In this document: positions 38,617 through 49,224 of the stretch, in pieces | Layout of the letters: every line of letters starts with the position of its first letter | Position numbering within the stretch: position 1 is the stretch's first letter | Source of the DNA: a virus | Reading direction: 5' to 3' (one strand) | DNA: 64,000 bases | Virus record (IMG/VR): IMGVR_UViG_3300036790_000231 | Span: 27,256-91,255 of that record | Made by a program: the position numbers and the translations under genes | Notes under the pieces: generated by a model | Databases searched by the model: none | What the model was told of the DNA's origin: nothing | The model's input: the letters and a program-made list of their open reading frames with translations, nothing else

Positions 38617-38646
38617 ATCTTACCATATGGCCATGCCATCTGTCAA
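38617..38646 (-). promoter_or_regulatory. promoter for a leaderless XRE mRNA
   Basis: TTGACA-18 bp-TAAGAT, then 6 nt to the ATG. Confidence 0.65.
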
Positions 38647-39400
38647 GTGTTCATTATCTCGTTTGCTATTGCTACTTCTCCCGTTATAGTTGGCCAATAT
38701 GAAGGAGCACCTATTATATTATTTTTGCATTCAAGAAATTTTCTTTTCTTTAAAATCTTACAAACGATATATGCTACTCCTGCATCTCCATTTGCTATTT
38801 TCGCTATACAGGGATAATATGGAGCCCACGCTCCCTCTGGATCATTAATAGACAGTCTATAATACTCTTTTAATATATCTTTTTCTAATTTATTCATATT
38901 TATTATTTTCATTCTTAATTAGACTGTGAATATCTTTTTTCCTTGTACTATTTTCAGATCTGTATTTTTCTCCTCAAAATCACAAAGAACCCTGAAATTG
39001 CCAGAAGTACCACCATCTACTGTAATTATAATCCCAGACCATAGTTCCTCACCATCTTCAAAATCTAATCTATCTAAATCAAAAGAAGAAACTCCAATTC
39101 CATTAGCTGGCGGATGAGTTGGATTCTCACGATTATGAGATGCTACTCCTATCCCGAATGCCTGAAGATTTTTGCCTATAGCTGTCATAATTCTTCTAGA
39201 GCTATTTTCAATTCATCTACTTCCATATTCCGAAATCTAATACTTTTCTTTCTTAGTCCCTTTCTCATTTCTAATCTACTACCGCAGTTGTAAGTAACAG
39301 GAGGATTACAAAATAAATCATCTGTCATAGTAATCCTTACATATACTGATATTCTATATCCTCTTTTTAACAACCACTTATATCTAAGTAATTTAATCAT
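38643..39400 (-). other. three small hypothetical CDS (38643-38912, 38919-39188, 39185-39400)
   Basis: Closely packed or coupled ORFs downstream of the LysRS-like gene. Confidence 0.55.
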
Positions 39401-40638
39401 CTCATCGTCGGGAAAGCTGTAACCTCACGAATAGATTTGCTTTTAGTAAGAAGCATTACTAATCTATCTATACCGATCCCAACTCCAGCAGTTGGAAGCA
39501 TCCCATATTCAAGTGATTCAATATATGATTTATCATATGGATTAGCTTCTTCAAAGATTTCGTCTTTATTATTCTCATCAACTACTCGATTAGATGTGCC
39601 TTCATTCCATCTCTTTGCTTGTTCAAGAGGATCATTCAAATCATTAGCGCCACTAGCTATCTCTACTCCATCAATATATAACTCCCATGCTTCTGAAATA
39701 TCAGGATTGTCCTTACTCTTTCTAGAAAGTGGCCAATCGTCAGAAGATAAACTTCCTACAAAATTTAAATCTGGTATTTTGTCTGAATCATTGCAACTAT
39801 AAAAAACATGTTCAATAAGCTGTTGTGTAAAAACCTTCATTTCACGATGATCAACACAAGTAGCAAAGAACTCAACCATAGAAAACTCCGGGCTATGGTT
39901 AATAGATATGCCCTCATTTCTAAATACCTTACCTATATGAAAAACCTTATCAAACCCTCCAACTAAATATCTCTTTAGATATAGCTCAGATGAAATTCTA
40001 AGATAAAAATTCTCACTTAATGCATTGTGATGAGTAACAAATGGTCTAGCAGTAGCTCCTCCATAAACAGGTTGAAGAATTGGTGTTTCAACCTCCAAAT
40101 AACCTGATAATTCAAGGAAATTTCTGATTGATTTTATTATATTTGATCTAAGTATAAATAAATCTCTAGTTTGTTTATTAATCGCCATCTCTACCTCTCT
40201 ATGGCGAAATCTAAAATCATCATTCATAATAATATTCGGTAAATCTCTAACTACCTTAGAAAGTATTGTAATTTCAATAGCTTCTATAAATTCATGTTCA
40301 TCTTTAGGATGATTTTTCTTATATCCTTCTATTCCAATCATATCTCCCGTAGCGAGACTATTACATATAAATCCTATATTTTCTTCCTTACAGTGTATCT
40401 CAATAGATCCTGTTGAATCTGCTATATCTATAAAAGTTATTTTGCCATGATATCTAATTGATGTAACCCGTCCAGCTATTGCAATTAGTTCAGGTATTGA
40501 TGAAGTATAAAACTTTACAGTTCTAATTGTTATTCTATTTCTAAAATTTGCCGGGTAGGGATCAATTCCGGCATTCATTAATTCATCAATCTTCTTAATC
40601 CGACGTTCTCTCATTTGTTCTTCAGATACACCGCTCAC
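39397..40638 (-). CDS. lysS: divergent class II lysyl-tRNA synthetase-like protein
   Basis: GIDPYP, OB fold AGRV..R.HGK..F, motif 1 LEVETPIL, GGATARPFVTHHNAL, motif 2 FRNEG..H.PEF and motif 3 GVGIGIDRLVM. Confidence 0.88.
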   Translation of the reverse strand: MSGVSEEQMRERRIKKIDELMNAGIDPYPANFRNRITIRTVKFYTSSIPELIAIAGRVTSIRYHGKITFIDIADSTGSIEIHCKEENIGFICNSLATGDMIGIEGYKKNHPKDEHEFIEAIEITILSKVVRDLPNIIMNDDFRFRHREVEMAINKQTRDLFILRSNIIKSIRNFLELSGYLEVETPILQPVYGGATARPFVTHHNALSENFYLRISSELYLKRYLVGGFDKVFHIGKVFRNEGISINHSPEFSMVEFFATCVDHREMKVFTQQLIEHVFYSCNDSDKIPDLNFVGSLSSDDWPLSRKSKDNPDISEAWELYIDGVEIASGANDLNDPLEQAKRWNEGTSNRVVDENNKDEIFEEANPYDKSYIESLEYGMLPTAGVGIGIDRLVMLLTKSKSIREVTAFPTMR

Positions 40639-40646
40639 ATAAACTC

Positions 40647-40892
40647 CTATTCGTAATATTCGGGAACAAAGGCTCGACCATTGTGGTCAATACCTAATTC
40701 CTCTCTCGCTACAGAAATCACTACCGCCTGGGCCGTTGTCGCGGCGTTGAGCCGTTTACGGGCTTTAGCGATCGTGTTCTCGACCGTCTTATGGCTCACT
40801 TTGCATTCAACTGCTATCTGCGCATATTGCATCCCATTGGCCGTCAGCGCCAAGAAGAGTTTTTGTCGCGCCGTGAGTCCTTTTGCTTCCAT
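40647..40892 (-). CDS. LuxR-type HTH protein
   Basis: LTARQ..LALTANG..YAQIA...VSHKTV...IA.AR.RL.A.TTAQAV. Confidence 0.88.
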   Translation of the reverse strand: MEAKGLTARQKLFLALTANGMQYAQIAVECKVSHKTVENTIAKARKRLNAATTAQAVVISVAREELGIDHNGRAFVPEYYE

Positions 40893-41726
40893 CGTTATTC
40901 AACACTATCACACGACTCATCCCAAAATCTCTTTCTATAAATTCATCAGCAGACTTTGCTAAGCGATCCCAATTCTTATTACTCATTAATTGAATATTGA
41001 ATTTATCTCCATTAGGGAAATCACACAACCACAATGCAACAAACTTTCTAGTTAAATCTTTACTATCCGGATGAGCAGCTTTATGAGCCTCCTGGATTTT
41101 TCTCAATAACAAGCCAAGCTCATTTAGCTCATCATAAGAAGACATTATATCTACATCGGCATTCATTTCCCTATCATCACACCACCATTCTTCCTTACTT
41201 CCGTCATCATAAAAAGTGATTACACCATCATACTTTTCATATTCTTTTACGTATGGAAAACGAGCCATAGAACTATCATTTTTTTTTGCTCTTATAACTA
41301 AAATATTCATTGCAGTGTTGTCATATGTAGATCGTTTACTCTAAATGCTATCTCTGCTGTCGATTCATCTCTTTTACTTCCTACAAAACAAGTTTTATTG
41401 AGAATTTCACCTGAAATCTCATTTATATTAAGTTCTACTATACAAAGTGCTAGAGATGGAAATTTATATATGTCTTGTACCGAAAATTCCTCTAATAATT
41501 TTTTAATTGAAAATTTTATTATATGTTCGTCTGGATTACTATTTTTTCCAGCGTATATTCCTCTGTAACTACTTTCTTTATCAGATATTCCTATTGTTAT
41601 CCAAGGCGGTCTAACTAGTTCAACCAATTCATCTAATGTATATAATCTCTCCGGCATCATGCAAATTTCAGAAAATAAAGTCTCTTGGGCATATTCTTTC
41701 TTATATAATAAAAGGTTTTTATTCAT
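40807..41726 (-). other. two hypothetical CDS (40807-41310, 41307-41726)
   Basis: Coupled ORFs. Confidence 0.5.
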
Positions 41727-41752
41727 GGTTTTCCTTATAATAGATTACTATA

Positions 41753-41824
41753 CTGGGGAATTAGGACTCGAACCTAAACCACTAGGACCAAAACCTAGTG
41801 TCCTTCCAATTAGACTATTCCCCA
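41753..41824 (-). tRNA. tRNA-Gln(TTG)
   Basis: Acceptor TGGGGAA/TTCCCCA; anticodon arm CTAGG-TT TTG GT-CCTAG; T arm TTAGG-TTCGAGT-CCTAA. Confidence 0.93.
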
Positions 41825-41980
41825 TTTAAATTTATTGTAAATCCTCTATTTCTTGCTCTAAATATGCAATTTCATTTGTTGCATCATTTAATTCTTCTTT
41901 TACTATTTCTAATTCACTTTCCTTCTTTTCTAGCGCATTTTCAAGATTTTTTATTCTATCAGTAGCTTCATCGGTCTGCA

Positions 41981-42304
41981 TCAAAATTGTCTCCCATGCT
42001 TATAGGGTCTATTTCTATTCTTTTCCATCTTAGCCATTACAGCTTTATCCATATCGAATTTTCTCTCTGCGGCATAATCTAGAAGCCTAATCAATACGTC
42101 AGTAGCCTCTTCTTCCTCATGCGCATGATCGCCGTCACGAAGGGCATCAAGCATCTCAGAAATCTCTGAATGTATTAATGCCAACTTCTCAGGATATATA
42201 GATGGATTTAAAAACTCATCTTTGTTATAGCCTGTTCTTCTATGATCCCAAAATCCATGATCCTTTGATATTTCATAGCATTCTCGTGCTAATTCATTTA
42301 ACAT
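41981..42304 (-). CDS. MazG-like nucleotide pyrophosphohydrolase
   Basis: HGFW..EKLALIHSEISE...EEEATDVLIRLLD...KMEKNRNRPYKHG. Confidence 0.88.
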   Translation of the reverse strand: MLNELARECYEISKDHGFWDHRRTGYNKDEFLNPSIYPEKLALIHSEISEMLDALRDGDHAHEEEEATDVLIRLLDYAAERKFDMDKAVMAKMEKNRNRPYKHGRQF

Positions 42305-42479
42305 TAGTGAATTTTTCCCTTCGTCTTAATTAATGATCCTGGTGACCAATAAGAAAGAAATATTATAAGAAGAAAAATAGCCAAAATTGTCTCAATAATA
42401 TTTCTCACCAGTGGTATAAAAATACATAATGCAAATGTAATTGCTATAAACATAAATACTTTTAGAACTTTATTCCTCA

Positions 42480-42650
42480 TCAAAATTCATCCAATACTAT
42501 TCTTGTTTTTGCAAAATTTTCTTCTGCATGCTTTTCTAGCGCATATCTAATTACTGCTGATAACTTTTCATTATTTTCTTCTGCTATATCCACTAATTGA
42601 TTTCTTAGCATTCCATCCAATCTAATATGTAATGTAGCTTCCTTTTTCAT
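42480..42650 (-). CDS. ribbon-helix-helix (CopG-like) protein, 56 aa
   Basis: MKKEATLHIRLDGMLRNQLVDIAEENNEKLSAVIRYALEK... Below the ORF-track cutoff. Confidence 0.65.
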   Translation of the reverse strand: MKKEATLHIRLDGMLRNQLVDIAEENNEKLSAVIRYALEKHAEENFAKTRIVLDEF

Positions 42651-42799
42651 ATCCTATCGTTCCATTATCAAGATTGTAATACCTATTATGACAATATTAG
42701 TCACAATAGCCAATATAATATTCATAGTCTACTTCCATACCAAGAGTATAACACATACAATCCACACAATCATGACAATATTTAAAACTATTCTCATAT

Positions 42800-44658
42800 C
42801 TACCTCATCAGGTAATTATTCGTTTTGATCCTATTATTATTCTCGACCTCTAGGCGTGCGCGGCCAGCGCGGAGCGTGCGCGTCGATTTAGCGCCCTTTA
42901 CCTTTTTCCAGCGGGACTGATGAAGATGGTACAGATCCCATCCCTGCGATCGTACTCCTTTATCATTTTCTCGGGAGAAAAATATGAACCTATATCGTCC
43001 ATCTTCTGTCTCAAACATTCCCTTTCTCAAAAGTCTTCCCGGCCGAGGATGAGATTGGTATAAAGGATCCTTTTGTATTGATCTAATTGATTTTAGCATA
43101 ATTCTTTATGTCTTTTTCTTACTTTACGAGGTACTCTCTCTATTTTTGCCTCTATCTCTATATCAGAAATACATTCATCACATATTAGACTATTTTTTAT
43201 TTTTCCGCAAGTTCTACATATAACTTTATTGTACCAAAGCATTTTGTTCTTCCTTCGCTTCTTTAACTATTTTTTTTAGCTTCCTTATTATTGTTCTCTT
43301 ATCCCTTGCGTTATCATTATATGAAATTAAATTACCTATCTTATCGCTAAGATAGGAAAAAATGACTTTATTGTATGGTAAATTTAAATCAAACTGGGCT
43401 CTATTTAATGCTCCCCACACACAAAATGATGTTGCGTTAGGACTGTTGTGCCTTACTTCTTTCCCTGAATTATCCTTTGCGAAGGATTCTCTGCACCATC
43501 CTTTTTCAAGCAATAATATCATTCTTTCAATAATTCTTATGTTACTATCCATTTTTCTCTACCTCGATAGCTGCCATCTTACATAATTCAGAACAATTTA
43601 TAACAACGTCCATCCAGCTTCTTTGATATGCCTTGATAGTTATTTCTTTAGACTTGTTTATAAGAGGGGTTATCGGGTCAACATTCGCTAATTGCCCCTT
43701 TTGAGACTCTATTTTAGCTAATCTACTTCTTATTTCGCTCATTTCTTCATATAAATTCATATTTTTCCTCTCATATATTCCAAATGAACGTCGCATTATC
43801 AGGTAGATTGTTTCTAAATCTATCTGGTATCATTCCTTGATGCCATAAATTAGTTGTCTCTAATCTTTTTCCACTGTTAAATTGTATAATAAACTTTGAT
43901 CCACCAAATCCTCGTCCAAGAGTTTGGAATATATTTCTAGGAGTCTCTTCTCCTATAATATAATGTCTATTGTTTACAACAACGGCTTTCTCTGGATTTA
44001 TTTCATCTGATCTTATTATAGCAGTCCAAAATGCGCAATCAAAACACAATTCCTTATTAAACATTTCTTCGCTTATGTCTCCTAGAAAATAATTTTCTTC
44101 TAGTTTATTACATATAATACATTTAATTATCGTATTCATCTTTTTACCCCTATAAATCTATTTTATATTCTAGCATTCCCGTTCCATCATTTTTATAGAA
44201 GGATTTATTTCATTTATTTATATAGTAGGAGATCCGTCCATCCTCACTCTGCTTTCGGCATCCAGGCTAGGGAAACCTGGCCGATGAAACGGTGTACTTT
44301 CTCCCTTTACCCGAGGATCGACTATATGGGCCGGGGCAATATCTATTGTAGCACAACTCGGGAAGAAAGCAAACCCTATGCGCGCCTACGCGCGGGCGAA
44401 TACAGTCTAATGATTTTTATTATTATATATATAGTTTTATTCTATACTTAATTAACTATTTTCTTTGATTCTTTCTTTTTCCTCCCTAATTAAATCAGAT
44501 TCAATTTCTTTTATTCTATTTACTAGATTAGATTCTAGATTGCGCATTCTTGTATCATATTCAATTAGTATATTGTTTATTTGCTCAAATCCCCTATATA
44601 TTTGTTCAAATTGATCAAAGATTTCCTCCTTATTTATTTCATTTTCTATATTTATCAT
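42800..44658 (-). other. cluster of small hypothetical CDS (42800-43099, 43226-43552, 43545-43796, 43771-44139, 44452-44658)
   Basis: Co-oriented short ORFs. 43226-43552 has a GWC..FA...FCVWGAL..YND motif common in small phage proteins. Confidence 0.5.
44230..44340. ncRNA. candidate structured RNA (GC-rich island)
   Basis: GTCCATCCTC/GAGGATCGAC closing stem and a CATC-CA-GGCTAGG-GAAA-CCTGGCC-GATG hairpin. Minus-strand promoter TTGCTT..TGCTACAAT is adjacent. Confidence 0.45.
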
Positions 44659-45723
44659 TTTATTTTCTCTTACGTATTTGTAGAATAGTTTCGTTATATG
44701 AGCTAGGATACTTTCTTATTACATCTCTTCTTACAATATTCGCTATCCATTTAAACGGATATCCAAGAACCTCTGTCTCTTGCTTAGAGTAAATTATCCA
44801 TATCTGATATCTTCTCCAGAATTTATAAGGTCGTTTAGTCAATAAGGGTTTTGAATCCATACATTTTCCTTTCAAGAATTTTCCGTGTATCCATTGTAGC
44901 ACACTTTTGGCTGTGCTACATCCTCGATCTATTTTGTAGCACAATATATAAATTCATATTATTATTTTTTATATAAATATAAAAAGAAAATATGAGATGT
45001 ATTTTCAATAATTGTGTGAGCTGGCTATAAATAACCTATTCCTATTTTATGCAACTTATGTAAGCTGGCTATCATCGCCCCCTCGGGAGTAATCCATATG
45101 CCAATAAGAAAAGATCCCTGGGGTGGGTACCGTGTGCTACATCGGATCTTTTGGTATTGGTTGATTGTTTTTATCGGGAAGAAAGATAGATGGATACCCT
45201 CAGCGCGGCTGGCGCGCAAGGACCCAGATATTGGCTCAGAGGACTCTAGAATCTCTTCTCCCGATAATTGATTAAGAGATGGAGGGATTGATCACATCGG
45301 CCGCATTCGGCGGCTCAGAGCCAAATTCTGGCGTGCTACAAAGATAAGTAGTTTCTACTTATTGATTAGTTTTTGAAGACGTGCTACATTGATTGAGTTG
45401 GTGCAGCACAGAGGCAGGAACATAGAAAAAGCAGCAGCGTAATGGAGATGGAGCACATGATTGATCGCTACGACCCAGATCATTACCGGACATGGTCGAC
45501 CAAATTGTTGATCTATTCTCTCCCCAAGGAAATCGTGGAGTGTCCAACAGCTGCTCAAGCAATGGTGAGAGCATTGCAACTACGTAACCTCTAACCCTCA
45601 TTCCGGCCAACTTCGCGCGGGCTCGCGGCGATAGGGATTCATAGTCTCTAGTTGGTCATCTGTAAACTATCGGAGGAAAAACATATCGGCGCAATTCCGC
45701 GACGGGATTAGTCGCTGTAGCAC
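44347..45723. repeat. eight copies of GTGCTACA/TGTAGCAC at the divergence region
   Basis: Copies at 44347, 44895, 44913, 44935, 45134, 45333, 45381 and 45716. Confidence 0.8.
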
Positions 45724-46407
45724 AACATAGCGGGTAAGTAGTTGGACCTGTATCGTCACAGAGTGCCAATCCAATCATGGATATGTGGTGACTGATTAGA
45801 TCTCTAATCGGATATCCAACGTGAAGTATGTAATGCACTGCGATGACGACGCGATCGAGTTGAATCTCTAGTAAGTACGAGTGCAGAGCCGTACCATTCT
45901 GAGATTGACAAACACATTGCAGTACAATCTTTTTCGGCCGGATTCAGCGGCGAATGACCAATGTGGAATATGGTTGCATTATCAACATGAATGCGAAGGC
46001 AATCAGATACTTGCAAACGGAACCGACATGGAATACGATTCGTTGGCTGACATTGCAGCATCAAACCTGCGCCGGTCGTGTTGTCAATCAATGATTGGAG
46101 AATCAATGCACAAGCGACCAATCAAGACATTAGTCGAGCAACAGCGTATTGCGAAGCTAGAGATTCGCCCTTGGAGCAATCGTGGACGAACGTAGCGAGT
46201 ATGGATATGCAATCCCATTGACCAATGGTTTTCAACCTTGTACTTGCTTGGGAATTGCGATCGGAGATCCGATAACAGCTTAGTTTATTTGGCCGATCTC
46301 AGTAGTTGTGAGTTGCCTTCAACGGCAAATCGGCCGATGTAGTTCTTCTACCGAATATGTAGTGCTAAACTAATGATTATCAACCTCTAATCATCATTGG
46401 AGAATCA

Positions 46408-48361
46408 ATGCGTGGAGATATTGGATATCGGCAGTTTGCGATTCTGAAACAACTGCAACGTCATCTCGGCATCCCGATCGCCGAGTATGTGATTGCGAGA
46501 GAGTATGCCGGAGTGTCCAATCGATACAATTACGATCAGGCATTTCGATCACTTGCGAAGCGAGGATATGTCTTTCGCCATTCATCCGGCGGCGGCGCAT
46601 CGGGGGAAGCAAGATGGTCTGAGATCACAACTGCTGGGTTGCAGTATCTGCGGCACATTTAGCGGCTGAGAATCTGGCCGGAATAAGCTTGAATAGCTTG
46701 GGATCAAATCCCTTTCCGGCCAATACTCGATATCATTCGAGTTTGAATACAAACATGAAGGGAATGAATCAATGGCAACTGTAGTCGATGAGAATGCAGC
46801 AGCAGAGATCACATGGGACGATGTCCAGACAAAGCCACGCTTTCCGTGGGATGAATGGACAGACGGCAACGTCTATCAGGTGATCGAGGGTGTGGACTTC
46901 AAGTCCAATTCGGCGTCATTCCGTATGCAGCTCAGGAAGCGTGCAGAGGCGACCAAAAAGGATCTGAATGTGAAGACAGTCAAGGATGATAAATCCAAGG
47001 CAGTCTCAGTATTCTTTCAATTCGTCTAAATGGATCATATAAAGGAAATCATAGTTCATGAAGTAAAGAATCTCGTTTCGGCGCTTCCTGAGCACAGATT
47101 GAATATCGAGCCGCCCGTTGAAATAAAGTATGCAATGGAGGATAATCTATCTTGTATTCTTCGTGTACGCGCAGCAGCAGGTGGCACGCCAAGATATTTT
47201 GAGATCAGCGTGAAAGAGCGTATTTAGTAATTGTGACGAGATTCAATGTGGAGATAATAAGGATATGAAAGGACATGATGAGTAAAACTATACTGGAAGC
47301 AATTGACATCGCGGCGGCGCTTGTAGGACCTGGGACCATCAATCCAGAGTATGAACGCGCACAGGCCGAGCTTATTGCAGACCTGTTTCCTGATGAGGGG
47401 ATCGACAAAGACGTTCATAAGAGCGCGATTCAACGTGCGATTTACGCGCATTCCCTTCTACACGCTTACAAAGACTTAGATTCACTATCAGATGACTGAG
47501 TAGAGCATCATTCCAGCCCGTCTCGCGCCGATGCGTGGTGTGGAGTAGGATTCATAGTCCACGTACCGCTGGATGCGGTTTGGACAGGGCCAGACGGCTG
47601 GCAATTCTGTGGGCATCGAGCTGATATCGAACATACGCCTGTAGAGCCTTCTCGCGCGGCTTTGAGCGCCACAGAACCTGTACGGCGCGGGCGCTCGACG
47701 GATGGTGGAATGCGTACTGATCTCGATGTCAAAGATGCTCTAGCTGATGCCGAACGCCAAATACAAAGTAAAGGATTGAATTCTGGCGCTTCTTACGATT
47801 CGCAAGATGAGACGCTAGCTGAAGCTTACTCTAGGACTGAATACAAGGAAGATAAAAATGTATGCTGAATTGATTTTTGTTGTGGACGTGGATAGTATTA
47901 CTGAAGCTGAAGACATAGCGGATGGAATTGCAGATAGAGATAATCTAATGAGCACGGAGGTATCGTTCGTCACAAATACACCTACATGCCTAGAGGCCAA
48001 ACAATTCTTTGGAGATAAACAATAAGTCCAGTGAATAAAAGGAATGATTTACATGATATTGAGTAGAGAACAAGCACGCAATGATATGGTTCAATCGGGG
48101 ATCCATTCGGTGGATATCGCACAAGGCATGGAATTTGGCATTCAGCGGGAGGAAAGGATTCAGAGCCATCTCGAGGCCAAGATCAGCGCCAAGCTCGAAG
48201 CGCACCATCACAGGAGGACTATAATGAGTAAGAAGATTATAGCAATAGGTAAAATTAAAAACGGCATAATCCAATATGATATTAGGAGCTTTTCCAAATG
48301 GCACCAAAAGATCATCTCTCAGAAGAAATAATAAGAGCACAATTACGTTTGAGCAGAGCAA
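46408..48361 (+). other. cluster of small early-type CDS (46408-46662, 46772-47029, 47030-47227, 47275-47499 and others)
   Basis: Co-oriented short ORFs with RBSs. ATTGGAGAATCAATGC is repeated at ~46094 and ~46396. 46772-47029 has an RFPWDEWTDG motif. Confidence 0.5.
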
Positions 48362-48417
48362 AGGAACAATTAGCGATGGGTAATTGTTAACTTATTCTAT
48401 AAAAAGCAATATGATCA

Positions 48418-49077
48418 TTGGAGAAAGTGGTAGTAGCTATGAATAATATGATCGAGCTTTATTGTGAATTGGGCGATCACAAATGGATGAGAGAATCACA
48501 GCGTGGCAAGCGACCAAAGAATTGTCCAGTTCATGCACCGGTAAAAGAATCCTCTACCGGCCAATTCCGCACGTTACGATGTGAAATTGGACAGCACGAC
48601 TGGCAAGCAGAACGCAAACGTGGCAAGCCTCCGCGCAATTGCCCTGAGCATGCCCCTAAGCCTTATCCAGCAGCTCGTCCAATTTCATTGCCGGGACCCA
48701 GCAACGTTCCCCATGTGAGCCCTTCCGGCATAATTGAGCCTAAAATGCGCCTATTGCACTGCGAAGGAGAACCAGGGGCGCCTGAGACGGCGCATGACTA
48801 CGAAGTGCCATCCAAACGCGGCAAGCCGCCAAGATGGTGTGAAGAGCACAAGCCAGAAGAAATCAAATCTGAGAAGAATCCAAAGACAATTGCTGTTGCA
48901 ATTCGCAAAGTGTTGGAACGTCGCAAAGACACGGTGACTGCAAGGGAATGTAAATGTGGTATTACTGTGTTTACAACTCGTGACGAATTGCGGGCAATGA
49001 ATGGAGGATGTAAGGATGTGTATATGGGATGGGTATGCCCGCATCTTAATGCTGTGCGAAAGGCAATAGGCGATTGA
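48418..49077 (+). CDS. protein with three C-H-RGKxP-C-H putative zinc-finger repeats
   Basis: CELGDHKW..RGKRPKNCPVH, CEIGQHDW..RGKPPRNCPEH and CEG..HDY..RGKPPRWCEEH. Confidence 0.7.
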   Translation: MEKVVVAMNNMIELYCELGDHKWMRESQRGKRPKNCPVHAPVKESSTGQFRTLRCEIGQHDWQAERKRGKPPRNCPEHAPKPYPAARPISLPGPSNVPHVSPSGIIEPKMRLLHCEGEPGAPETAHDYEVPSKRGKPPRWCEEHKPEEIKSEKNPKTIAVAIRKVLERRKDTVTARECKCGITVFTTRDELRAMNGGCKDVYMGWVCPHLNAVRKAIGD

Positions 49078-49224
49078 GATGAAAACTATGGAAATGTATA
49101 AGATAATGTGGACAGCTTTCTATATGCCTGGGCATCATACAGATAGAAATAACTTTCTCGATGTTAGAATTAGCCGGTATGGAGGCATATCTTTCTCGGC
49201 TATGGATGAGTGGATTAGATTACC

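Noticed and set aside
44255-44300. Hammerhead ribozyme or SRP RNA
   Set aside because: CCGATGA is not followed by stem II and GAAA, and the SRP AGCAG internal-loop strand is absent.
44660-46195. ORF-track calls across the divergence region
   Set aside because: They overlap on both strands, lack motifs and run through repeats. Only a few very short plus-strand ORFs are plausible.
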